Translations under genes and position numbers: made by a program
In this document: in pieces, positions 1-8,683 of the stretch
Numbering within the stretch: the first letter of the stretch is position 1
Layout of the letters: the number at the start of each line of letters is the position of its first letter
The notes under the pieces: model-generated
Seen by the model: only the letters and a program-made list of their open reading frames with translations
Database searches by the model: none
Told to the model about the DNA's origin: nothing
Assembly (NCBI RefSeq): GCF_000331995.1
Contig: NC_020134.1
Coordinates: forward strand, 2,430,627 to 2,454,626
Origin: Thermoclostridium stercorarium subsp. stercorarium DSM 8532
GTDB lineage: Bacteria > Bacillota > Clostridia > DSM-8532
DNA: 24,000 bases
Reading direction: 5' to 3'

Positions 1-916
1 TTTTAAAAATCTTATCATACGGAATAATACTGACATATGTCCAACCGGTATAGTCCGAGACGTTATGCGCCAAAAAAAGTTTCTCGCCGTTTATTTTCTT
101 TATTTCATATCCGGAATCCGATTTAAAAGTCATCATGTCTATTTCATTATCCGATAATTCTTTGGAGGAGAAAATCAAACCTTCTTCTGATATAATTGCA
201 AGTATCGGCTCGTTGTCTTTGGATGAGGATAGATATTCATTTGCTATGTCTCCGATGTCGTACCTTATAATTACCGTTCCCATGTATTCCAAACTAAGTG
301 CATGAATTTTGCGGATAATTCTTGCAATCATAATACAATTTTCATCATCCGGGGGTTTTAATATAACGCTCTTACCCTCAGCCGCAACAGCCTTTTCAAT
401 GACAAGATTTTTAACCTTTTCGTCAATTCCGAAAGGGGAAGCTCCGCGGTTATACTGCCGATTCTGCGTATCTACAAAACTAACGCTCTGTATATTGTTG
501 TCCTGAAATGAATATGTCACCAATTGCTCTAAAAGTTTACTTAAGTGTTCACTCCTATTATAATCGGAAGAAGCATGCATCATCATATTTGCATTTTCCT
601 GTATATTGGAATCAGTGGCAATATTATAGGTTAATGTTTCAATCTCCCTTATCTTTTTTTCTATGCTGGTTGTGGACAGATTCAAGACCTGTGCCGCCTG
701 GGAATACACCAGACCGTTATAAATATTAAATGTAACCTGCATGATGAGAATACCTATGGATAAAGCAATGAAAACCTCTACAAACAGAATGATGAATATT
801 TTTTTTCTAATCTTCAGATTCCGGATTATTGACTTAAAATTTTCATAATACTTTTTGAATCTCAAAAAATAGCCCGCTGTATTACAACAGTCATTTTCCT
901 GCTTTATGTCCGGCAT
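1..916 (-). CDS. Membrane sensor protein, N-terminal part only (probably a YesM-type two-component histidine kinase; 3' end lies outside the window)
   Basis: Absent from the ORF track because it runs off the left edge. My hand translation of the minus strand is open for 305 codons from ATG 916-914, with an SD (AGGGGGG, 924-930) 7 nt upstream. The product starts MPDIKQENDCC...KIRKKIFIILFVEVFIALSIGILIMQ (one TM helix). About 240 aa of extracytoplasmic-type sequence follows, ending ...SDYTGWTYVSIIPYDKIFK, which resembles sensor domains of YesM-like kinases. The kinase core is not in the window, so the family call is tentative. Confidence 0.55.
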   Translation of the reverse strand, partial: MPDIKQENDCCNTAGYFLRFKKYYENFKSIIRNLKIRKKIFIILFVEVFIALSIGILIMQVTFNIYNGLVYSQAAQVLNLSTTSIEKKIREIETLTYNIATDSNIQENANMMMHASSDYNRSEHLSKLLEQLVTYSFQDNNIQSVSFVDTQNRQYNRGASPFGIDEKVKNLVIEKAVAAEGKSVILKPPDDENCIMIARIIRKIHALSLEYMGTVIIRYDIGDIANEYLSSSKDNEPILAIISEEGLIFSSKELSDNEIDMMTFKSDSGYEIKKINGEKLFLAHNVSDYTGWTYVSIIPYDKIFK

Positions 917-1039
917 TCAGGTGCCCCCCTTATTAAACCCTAACACATTAAAGGGCGGAAGAGACATGGAATAAGACAGCTAATTCTCTTATTCACATAT
1001 AATCATAAAAAGACTGTTTGTTGTTTTTTACCCACCATT

Positions 1040-1068
1040 ATTATAGTCGTTCACTCTAAATCATTCAA
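1040..1068 (-). promoter_or_regulatory. Sigma-A-type promoter for the sensor gene
   Basis: On the minus strand: TTGAAT (1068-1063), 17 nt spacer, TATAAT (1045-1040), about 120 nt upstream of ATG 916. Confidence 0.45.
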
Positions 1069-1130
1069 TATTGCTGATAACTGCAATAAGATTATAAAAA
1101 AACAAAAGGTCTATCTTTTTTCTCAAGTTT

Positions 1131-2774
1131 TCAAACAATTCTTTTCTTAATATTCTTTATCCTGAATCTCACATTTTTACCCTTCGTTAAGAATTTTGCA
1201 GCATGTAAGATCACAGAAGCCAGAATTTTTCTGATCTCATCAATTTTAAGCCAAACAGAGGTTACAATAAAAACCAGAAAGGCAGGAATAATTCTTGCGC
1301 ATAACGACAGTATTTCCAATATTTTCCTTCCCACTGAAAAACTTTCAGCGGTGGGAAAGGGAATTATAAGCTTGCAAATCCATAACGTAATGCCTGATAT
1401 TACCGTAACTACCGCAGTTTTTGCAAGGAATGTGATATTCTCCGGAATAAGCTCAATCCCGGTTTTTCTGGAGAACATAATAATCAGAAGAAAAGCGTTA
1501 ATCATCACCGTAATGACGTAGGCCATGGCAGTTCCTATGGCGCCGTAGTCGGTATAATTCACAAAATATAAATTGGCGCATATATTTACTCCTATTGTCC
1601 CCAAACCTACAAGCAAGGGCACGCGGGTATTCTGTATGGAATAAAATGCGCGGTTAAGGATAACAACAACCGACTGGAACAGCAATGCAGGAGCATATGC
1701 CAGAAGAGCCAGGCCGTTCATTATCACTTCATAGTTCGACATATATCCCCATTTAAACAATATCTGCATTATTTCCCTGTTGAGAACAATTAAAACCATG
1801 GTACTGGGAATGCATAACGCCATTACCGTCCTTAATCCAGTATTTAAAACCCGTTTGTAATTCTCTTTTTCTTCCAGGGCATACTGGGATGACAGCGTGG
1901 GTAGCATTGCTACGCCAAGGCTCTGGGCAAAAATGCCGAGCGGCAGTTGCCATGTCCGGTTTGCATTATTCATCATTGTCACACTGTTCTGCGCAAACCG
2001 GGTGGAAAAACTTCTTGATATGATGGCGTTAACCTGAACAACCGCCGATGCTGCAAGGGACGGAATGGCGAGCTTTATAAGTCTGATGAAAGTTTCATCC
2101 TTCAAATACAGTTTAGGTCTGTAAAGCCTGAAATGTTCCCATATACATAACAGCTGCACTAAAAAATAAATAAATGAACTTATCATTACCCCTACGGTAG
2201 TAAGCTCCACGCTTCTTGCCCCAAAAGCAATAATGCTAAGCATGACGCACAAATTATACAAGACAGGGCCAAAGGAAGCCGCGGCAAATCTGTTGTAGGC
2301 ATTCAGAATCCCGTTGCACTGTCCCGCAAGCATCATAAAAAGGGAGGACGGCAAAAGGATCCTCGTAAGCTTTACAACCAGGTTGAACTTTTCGGTTCCC
2401 GGTTCATATCCTATAGCTACAAGGCTTACAAACGCAGGCGTGAAAACATAAAAAATAATACTTAATAAAAAGAATGAAATGATTGTTATGTTCAGAAAGG
2501 TTCCTACAGCTTTCCATCCGTCTTTTTCGTTGCCCTTTGAAATGCTGGATGACAGTATCGGAATTATTGCAGCCGCAATAGCACCGCCTACCAGAAGCTC
2601 AAAGGTAAGGTCCGGAAGGGAAAACGCTACGAGGAACTCATCCGAATATCCTTTAGGCGACATTATGTTTTTAATCAGTACCGTGCGTAAAAAACCTGTT
2701 ATCCTGCTGAGAAATGTCGCAAACATAACCAGCGCGGCAGTTCTTGACAGGCGTTTTTCTTCACCAGTTCCCAA
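1131..2774 (-). CDS. murJ: Lipid II flippase MurJ/MviN (MOP superfamily)
   Basis: 547 aa polytopic membrane protein. The N-terminus (LSRITGFLRTVLIKNI...SDEFLVAFSLPDLTFELLVGGAIAAAIIP) matches the MurJ/MviN signature. TTG start at 2774 is preceded by GAAGGAGG 8 nt upstream. Confidence 0.85.
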   Translation of the reverse strand: MGTGEEKRLSRTAALVMFATFLSRITGFLRTVLIKNIMSPKGYSDEFLVAFSLPDLTFELLVGGAIAAAIIPILSSSISKGNEKDGWKAVGTFLNITIISFFLLSIIFYVFTPAFVSLVAIGYEPGTEKFNLVVKLTRILLPSSLFMMLAGQCNGILNAYNRFAAASFGPVLYNLCVMLSIIAFGARSVELTTVGVMISSFIYFLVQLLCIWEHFRLYRPKLYLKDETFIRLIKLAIPSLAASAVVQVNAIISRSFSTRFAQNSVTMMNNANRTWQLPLGIFAQSLGVAMLPTLSSQYALEEKENYKRVLNTGLRTVMALCIPSTMVLIVLNREIMQILFKWGYMSNYEVIMNGLALLAYAPALLFQSVVVILNRAFYSIQNTRVPLLVGLGTIGVNICANLYFVNYTDYGAIGTAMAYVITVMINAFLLIIMFSRKTGIELIPENITFLAKTAVVTVISGITLWICKLIIPFPTAESFSVGRKILEILSLCARIIPAFLVFIVTSVWLKIDEIRKILASVILHAAKFLTKGKNVRFRIKNIKKRIV

Positions 2775-2790
2775 TCCGCAGTCCTCCTTC

Positions 2791-4035
2791 TTATCTCTGC
2801 TCCATGCCGAGTATCAGCCTTCTGAGCATATCCAGTGCATTCAGGCATGAATCATTTCTGATCCGTTCCCTGTTTCCCGACAGCTGAAGCTTTTTGCATA
2901 CAATATTATCATTAACGTATGCCGCAATATAAACAAGGCCCACAGGCTTTTCTTCCGTGCCACCTCCCGGTCCTGCAATTCCGGTTATTGCAACGCCTGC
3001 CGACGCTCCGGTTTTATTTTTCAGCCCGGTAACCATTTCCACCGCAGTCTCTCGGCTTACCGCACCGTATTTATTGAGCGTATCCCATGAAACCCCTAAA
3101 TCCTCAGCCTTTGCCCGGTTTGAATATGTGACGTAACCGCGCTCAAAAACCTCGGACGAACCCGGAATATCGGTAATTTTACCCGCCAGGAGGCCTCCCG
3201 TGCAGGACTCTGCCGTTGCCAAAACCAGCCTGTTCTCTTTTAGAAGGTTAAATACTACCTTTTCCAACGGTTCTCCGTCCTCAGAATAGACAAAGTCCCC
3301 CAGCCTTGATTTAATTTCGCCAACCACAGGGCTCAGCAACGCCGCAGCCTCGTCATGATTCGAACAGCAGGCCGTAACCCTTATTGTAACTTCGCCCTGT
3401 GAAGCATATGGAGCTATCGTCGGGTTACTCTGATTTTCAATTAAATCCATCAGCCGGGTTTCAATATCCGATTCCCCTATGCCGAAAATTTTCAGCATTT
3501 TTGATACAAGCATTATTCCAGTTTTCTGCCTAAGATAATTGAAAACCGTTTCGTCAAACATCGGCTGCATTTCTTTCGGCGGTCCGGGAAGCATTATAAC
3601 CATCTTTCCGCCGTCTTCTATTATGCAGCCGGGAGCCGTCCCGTTCGGGTTGGGAATTACAATGGAATTCTCAGGCAAATACGCCTGTTTAATGTTTATC
3701 TCCGACATTTTCCTGTTTCTTTTTTCAAAATAATTTTTGATTTTTTCAAGAATATCCTCATGAAGGACAAGGTTTCGGTTTAACGCCCTCGAAATTGTCT
3801 CTTTCGTAAGGTCGTCCTTTGTGGGTCCGAGACCTCCTGTGGTAATAACGATATCCGAACGGCTCAGTGCTCTTTTCAGCGTTTCTTCCAGCCTTCCGGC
3901 ATTATCGCCGACAACGGTATGAAAATATACGTTTATTCCCAGTTCCGCAAGCCTTCTTGATATATACTGGGCATTTGTATTCGCAATCTGACCCATTAAA
4001 ATCTCGGTTCCCACCGCAAGTATTTCGGCTGTCAT
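2791..4035 (-). CDS. cinA: CinA family protein (MoCF-like domain plus nicotinamide-nucleotide amidohydrolase PncC domain)
   Basis: 414 aa. N-terminal MTAEILAVGTEILMGQIANTNAQYIS...VITTGGLGPTKDDLTKE and C-terminal LATAESCTGGLLAGKITDIPGSS...ITGIAGPGGG are classic CinA motifs. Confidence 0.9.
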   Translation of the reverse strand: MTAEILAVGTEILMGQIANTNAQYISRRLAELGINVYFHTVVGDNAGRLEETLKRALSRSDIVITTGGLGPTKDDLTKETISRALNRNLVLHEDILEKIKNYFEKRNRKMSEINIKQAYLPENSIVIPNPNGTAPGCIIEDGGKMVIMLPGPPKEMQPMFDETVFNYLRQKTGIMLVSKMLKIFGIGESDIETRLMDLIENQSNPTIAPYASQGEVTIRVTACCSNHDEAAALLSPVVGEIKSRLGDFVYSEDGEPLEKVVFNLLKENRLVLATAESCTGGLLAGKITDIPGSSEVFERGYVTYSNRAKAEDLGVSWDTLNKYGAVSRETAVEMVTGLKNKTGASAGVAITGIAGPGGGTEEKPVGLVYIAAYVNDNIVCKKLQLSGNRERIRNDSCLNALDMLRRLILGMEQR

Positions 4036-4073
4036 AGATAATCACCTTCTATGTGCATTGTTTCATTGCCGTA

Positions 4074-4661
4074 TTAAATCATGCATATTTTCTTTATTTC
4101 ACTCCAGACTTCGGAATAACCCATTTTCCTGGTTGCTGAAACAGGAATGACCGGAACGCCCGGCGCCAAATCCAAAGTCCGGCGTATTTCGTTAATAAGC
4201 CTTTGATGATGTGATCTGGAAACTTTGTCGGCCTTTGTTGCAACAATAATATGGGGTTTTCCCATTGTGATTATCCAACGGTACATGATTTCGTCCAGTT
4301 CAGTCGGCAGATGCCTGATATCCACCAGCATTATAATACCACACAGCTGGCTTCGATTGTTCAGATAAGTTTCAACAATTTTTTCCCACCTTTTCCTTTC
4401 ACTTTCCGAAACCTTTGCATAACCGTAGCCCGGAAGATCAACCAAAATCAGCTTGTTTTCAACATTAAAAAAATTAATCACCCTTGTTTTTCCGGGAGTA
4501 TTCCCCACTTTTGCAAGGGATTTCGATTTTGTAAGAAAGTTGATCAGTGAAGACTTTCCCACGTTTGATCTTCCAACCATGGCTATTTCGGGAAGGTTTC
4601 CGTTCGGATATCCTTCGGGACTCACCGCAGTAGCGATATGTTCAGCATTTTTAACGTTCAT
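4074..4661 (-). CDS. engB: Ribosome biogenesis GTPase EngB/YsxC
   Basis: 195 aa. G1 motif GRSNVGKSSLIN, DLPGYGYA (G3) and TKADK (G4). Confidence 0.9.
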   Translation of the reverse strand: MNVKNAEHIATAVSPEGYPNGNLPEIAMVGRSNVGKSSLINFLTKSKSLAKVGNTPGKTRVINFFNVENKLILVDLPGYGYAKVSESERKRWEKIVETYLNNRSQLCGIIMLVDIRHLPTELDEIMYRWIITMGKPHIIVATKADKVSRSHHQRLINEIRRTLDLAPGVPVIPVSATRKMGYSEVWSEIKKICMI

Positions 4662-4687
4662 ACCCTGATGTCACCCCAAATCCTTTC

Positions 4688-6394
4688 CTATCCTGCATTC
4701 TGCTTTTTTCTCAAATCCATACCCTTTTTTATCATTTCCCTTGCAAGTTTGGCGGTATTTGCACTTTCGTCACCGCTTAAAAGCCTTGCCACTTCTTTTT
4801 CCCTGCCTGCGCCGTCCAGCTTTTCCACCCTCGCAACGGTTCTTTCACCTATCGTTTCCTTGCTTATTCTGTAATGAGCCTTGGCAAGGCTTGCAATCTG
4901 CGCATGGTGCGTTATACATATCACCTGGTGTTTTGCCGAAATTTCAAGCAGCTTTTCACCTACTTTCAGAGCCGCTTTTCCGCTTACACCTGTATCAATT
5001 TCGTCAAATATCAGTACGCCGGTTTCATCAACGTCGGCGAGAATGGTTTTAATGGCAAGCATTATTCGCGCCATTTCGCCGCCCGAAGCAATTTTGCTCA
5101 ATGGTTTTAACCCTTCCCCGGGGTTTGGAGAGATAAGAAATTCTATTGCGTCAAGTCCGTTTTCGGTATAATTCCGTGAATCGTCAAATCTTACTTCTAC
5201 CAAAAACTCGGCTTTTGGCATTTCTAAATCCTTAAGCTGTTCGGTAATTTTGACTTTTAGTTCTTCTGCAGCCTTAACCCTCATATTATGTATATTTTGA
5301 GCTTTTTTATACAAAAGATCATCCAGCTCGTTTTTTTGCCTGCGCAGTTCGGCAAGCCGGCCTTCCACGTCAGATACCTCTTCCAGCTTTTTCTTCGCGT
5401 CTTCCATGTACAGGATAATCTCTTCCACGGTGTTTCCGTATTTTCTTTTCAGATTTTCAATAAGCGCAAGCCTTTCCTCCACTTCCTGCTGCAGCGCAGG
5501 ATCGTAATTTATTTCCTCCCTCTTATTCCTTATTTTTCTCGCTATTTCCTCAAGCCTGTCAGAAATTTCCACAAGGGTTTCGGATATTGTTCCGAAATCG
5601 GGATCAAGATCGGCAATATTGTTCAGTGCCGCCTGAGCTTTCTGAACCTGCTCAATGGCGCCGGGCACCAGCTCGTCTTCACCGGCAAGACACGTGTAAG
5701 CACTGTTAAAAGCTTCAATTATTTCCTCAGCATTTGCAAGTAGCTTGCTCTGCTGCAAAAGCTCAATATCTTCCCCTTTTTTCAAATTCGCAGCCTCTAT
5801 CTCGTTAACCTGATACCTGTAAAGGTCCTCCAGGCGTGCCCGTTCCTTTTCCTTTTCCGTAAGCTCGCTAATTTTTTTCTCAATTTCCCGGTATTTTTCA
5901 AGAAGCTCCCGGTATTCCTCCCTTTCCTTAAGAAGCCCGCCGCCTGAAAACTTGTCCAGGTAATCAATCTGCGCCTGATTCCTTAAAAGCGACTGGTTGT
6001 CATTCTGCCCGTGAATGTCTATTAAATACTCCCCTATCTCCTTAAGCTGTGCCACCGTTACCAGACTGCCGTTAACCCTGCAGATGTTTTTGCCTGAAGT
6101 AGTAAACTGGCGGGAAACAATCAGCATACCGTCTTCCCCGCCGTCTATTCCCATATTGTTTAACACCCCACAAAGCCTTTCGGGGACCTGGAAAACCGCT
6201 TCGACCTTCGCTTTTTCTTCACCGGTGCGAATAATGTCCCTCGATACCCTACCTCCCAAAAGGATGTTAACTGCATCTATCAGTATCGATTTTCCCGCCC
6301 CCGTTTCGCCGGTCAGTATATTAAGCCCGTCCTCCAGCTCCATCGTAAGCTTTTCTATAATTGCTACATTTTCAACCGAAAGCTGGACAAGCAT
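4688..6394 (-). CDS. recN: DNA repair protein RecN
   Basis: 568 aa. N-terminal MLVQLSVENVAIIEKL...LTGETGAGKSILIDA (Walker A), a long coiled-coil middle, and C-terminal ASGGE...LIFDEIDTGVSG signature/Walker B. Confidence 0.95.
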   Translation of the reverse strand: MLVQLSVENVAIIEKLTMELEDGLNILTGETGAGKSILIDAVNILLGGRVSRDIIRTGEEKAKVEAVFQVPERLCGVLNNMGIDGGEDGMLIVSRQFTTSGKNICRVNGSLVTVAQLKEIGEYLIDIHGQNDNQSLLRNQAQIDYLDKFSGGGLLKEREEYRELLEKYREIEKKISELTEKEKERARLEDLYRYQVNEIEAANLKKGEDIELLQQSKLLANAEEIIEAFNSAYTCLAGEDELVPGAIEQVQKAQAALNNIADLDPDFGTISETLVEISDRLEEIARKIRNKREEINYDPALQQEVEERLALIENLKRKYGNTVEEIILYMEDAKKKLEEVSDVEGRLAELRRQKNELDDLLYKKAQNIHNMRVKAAEELKVKITEQLKDLEMPKAEFLVEVRFDDSRNYTENGLDAIEFLISPNPGEGLKPLSKIASGGEMARIMLAIKTILADVDETGVLIFDEIDTGVSGKAALKVGEKLLEISAKHQVICITHHAQIASLAKAHYRISKETIGERTVARVEKLDGAGREKEVARLLSGDESANTAKLAREMIKKGMDLRKKQNAG

Positions 6395-6397
6395 CAG

Positions 6398-6856
6398 TTA
6401 ATCCCCCTTTTTTAAAAGAGAGGTAAACCTTTCCTGCATCTCCTCGGCTATTCTTTCAGCACGGGTCACTACCATAATCGTATCATCTCCGGCAATTGTA
6501 CCGACAATCTCGGGCCAGCCCAGAGAATCAATTGCGGAAGCCACCGCCTGGGCCATTCCGGGTAAGGTCTTAACAACAAGGATATTATTGGCATAATCGC
6601 TGGAAACATACCCTTCCCGAAGTATTGTCAAAAGCCTGTCGCTGATTACGCTTGAGTCATTGCTCATTGCCTTGTACCTGGCCTTCCCGTCGGGACTTGT
6701 AACCTTTACGAGCCGCAATTCCTTGATATCCCTCGATACCGTTGCCTGGGTAACGTCCATACCGTATTCCTTCAGTTTTGCCACAAGTTCATCCTGGGTT
6801 TCAATATCATAATTTTCAATTATTTCAAGAATCTTAGCGTGCCTGTTGTATTTCAT
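6398..6856 (-). CDS. argR: Arginine repressor ArgR/AhrC
   Basis: 152 aa. RHAKILEII...ETQDELVAKLKEYGMDVTQATVSRDIKEL winged-helix region and C-terminal GTIAGDDTI oligomerisation/arginine-binding motif. Sits 3 nt upstream of recN. Confidence 0.9.
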   Translation of the reverse strand: MKYNRHAKILEIIENYDIETQDELVAKLKEYGMDVTQATVSRDIKELRLVKVTSPDGKARYKAMSNDSSVISDRLLTILREGYVSSDYANNILVVKTLPGMAQAVASAIDSLGWPEIVGTIAGDDTIMVVTRAERIAEEMQERFTSLLKKGD

Positions 6857-6933
6857 AGGCTTCTCCTTTCATCTTTACTGAAATAACCTGGATTTTACAA
6901 ATTGGCAAATTTTATATCCATAAACTGTTTCAT

Positions 6934-7809
6934 TCAGTGGATTGGCTTTAAAACCGGATCATGAATCTTGGCTCGTAAAACATCAAAGAAATTAATATCC
7001 TTAAAAGAAACAAATTTAATATCTTTCGGGGCCCTGGTAACGACAATTTCATCCCCCGCCGCCACTCTGAATCCCTCCTGCCCGTCCATTGTTAAAATTG
7101 CGCTGTCGGCGTAATCGTCGTTAATTATAATTCGCAGCTTTCTGTCGGGGCTTGTGATAAAAGAGCGCGAATACAGTATGTGCGGGCATATGGGGGTTGT
7201 AATCATCATTTCCATGTCAGGCTGGACAATGGGGCCGCCGGCCGACAAATTATAAGCCGTTGAACCGGTCGGCGTCGACACAATAACACCATCCCCCGGA
7301 AAAGAATCCACAAACTGATCGTCTACAAACACATGAAGCCTTATAATTCTCGACAGCCCGTCCCTGTTTACCACCGCATCATTAATGGCAATACCCTCAA
7401 AAACGGCTGAATTATCCCGAAAGACCGTTGCCGAAAGCACCATACGGTTTTTAATTTCAAAGTCTTCATCGGCCAGCCGCTTAACCGCCTTTTCTATTTC
7501 GTTAATCTCCACGTCTGCGAGAAATCCAACAGTACCAAGATTAATTCCGAACAGCGGAATATCATGGCTATATGAAGTCCTCGCCATATTAAGAAGCGTT
7601 CCGTCCCCACCAATGGAAATTAAAAAAGAGGACATCCCCAGCATTTCTGACTCCGTATACCCCTCACGCAGTCCCAAATCGTCCGAGATTGATCTGGGCA
7701 AAAGGGGAGTCATTCCGTATTTCAGGATTAAATTAACAATTTTACCTGTAATTTTAAGCTCTTTGTCCTTTTTTCTGTTTACAAACAAACCGATGTTCTT
7801 CCGTCCCAT
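6934..7809 (-). CDS. nadK: NAD kinase
   Basis: 291 aa. GGDGTLL motif, NLGTVGFL and TPTGSTAYNLSAGGPIV motifs typical of NadK/PpnK. Confidence 0.9.
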   Translation of the reverse strand: MGRKNIGLFVNRKKDKELKITGKIVNLILKYGMTPLLPRSISDDLGLREGYTESEMLGMSSFLISIGGDGTLLNMARTSYSHDIPLFGINLGTVGFLADVEINEIEKAVKRLADEDFEIKNRMVLSATVFRDNSAVFEGIAINDAVVNRDGLSRIIRLHVFVDDQFVDSFPGDGVIVSTPTGSTAYNLSAGGPIVQPDMEMMITTPICPHILYSRSFITSPDRKLRIIINDDYADSAILTMDGQEGFRVAAGDEIVVTRAPKDIKFVSFKDINFFDVLRAKIHDPVLKPIH

Positions 7810-7885
7810 TGGCAGTTTCTCCTCTATTGACTAATTCTATTATACAGTTAACCCGAATAAAAATACAACAGAATAAAACGAGGGT

Positions 7886-8683
7886 TCATTTAAGTTCGGC
7901 ATGGGCTGCCTTAACAACCTCATCAACAGGCTTAAAATCATGCTCTTCCAAACTCCTGGCGATATACAGAAGATATTCTATATTGCCTTCAGGTCCCTTT
8001 ATTGGCGAATATGAAAGACCTTTTACTGTGAAACCAAGCTCTTTTGAAAAGTCAATTATTTTCCCAATAACTTCCATGTGAACGGCAGGATCTTTTACAA
8101 CCCCTTTTTTCCCAACCTTTTCCCTGCCCGCTTCAAACTGTGGCTTAATAAGGCAGACCATGCTTCCGCCGTGTTTCAGCAACTGCTTTGCGGGAGGTAT
8201 GATTTTGGTAAGTGAAATAAACGACACGTCAGCAGTGGCAAAATCCACGAACTCACCAATATCTTCAGGTTTGACATATCTGAAATTTGTCCGCTCCATC
8301 ACCACCACCCTGCTGTCGTTTCTCAGCTTCCACGCAAGCTGGCCGTACCCCACGTCAACGGCATAAACCTTGACCGCACCGTTTTTTAACATGCAGTCGG
8401 TAAAGCCTCCGGTCGAAGCTCCTATGTCAATACATACCTTTCCGGTCAGATCAATGCCGAATTCACTGAGCGCCTTTTCAAGCTTTAACCCGCCCCTGCT
8501 GACATAAGGAATAGGGTTTCCCCTTATTTCCAGTTCGGCTTCGGTATCAACCTGAAAACCGGGCTTATCCTCAACCACTCCGTTTACAAGCACAAGACCT
8601 TCCATAATTGCCCTGCGCGCTTTTTCGCGGCTGTCAAAATATCCTTTGTTAACAAGATGTATGTCAAGCCTCTCCTTTGCCAT
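7886..8683 (-). CDS. tlyA: TlyA-family rRNA 2'-O-methyltransferase (S4 domain plus FtsJ-like MTase; YqxC-like)
   Basis: 265 aa. N-terminal RLDIHLVNKGYFDSREKARRAI (S4-like) and DIGASTGGFTDCML SAM-binding motif. Its start codon abuts the dxs stop codon. Confidence 0.85.
   Translation of the reverse strand: MAKERLDIHLVNKGYFDSREKARRAIMEGLVLVNGVVEDKPGFQVDTEAELEIRGNPIPYVSRGGLKLEKALSEFGIDLTGKVCIDIGASTGGFTDCMLKNGAVKVYAVDVGYGQLAWKLRNDSRVVVMERTNFRYVKPEDIGEFVDFATADVSFISLTKIIPPAKQLLKHGGSMVCLIKPQFEAGREKVGKKGVVKDPAVHMEVIGKIIDFSKELGFTVKGLSYSPIKGPEGNIEYLLYIARSLEEHDFKPVDEVVKAAHAELK

Noticed and set aside
309-729. Track ORFs 309-506 and 508-729 on the plus strand
   Set aside because: They lie antisense to an uninterrupted 305-codon minus-strand gene that has a strong SD. 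They have no SD of their own and their composition is low-complexity.
1104-1119. AAAAG-gtctat-CTTTT stem followed (on the minus strand) by GTTTTTTT, considered as a murJ terminator
   Set aside because: A 5 bp almost all-AT stem is too weak to assert. It may contribute to termination but cannot be supported from sequence alone.
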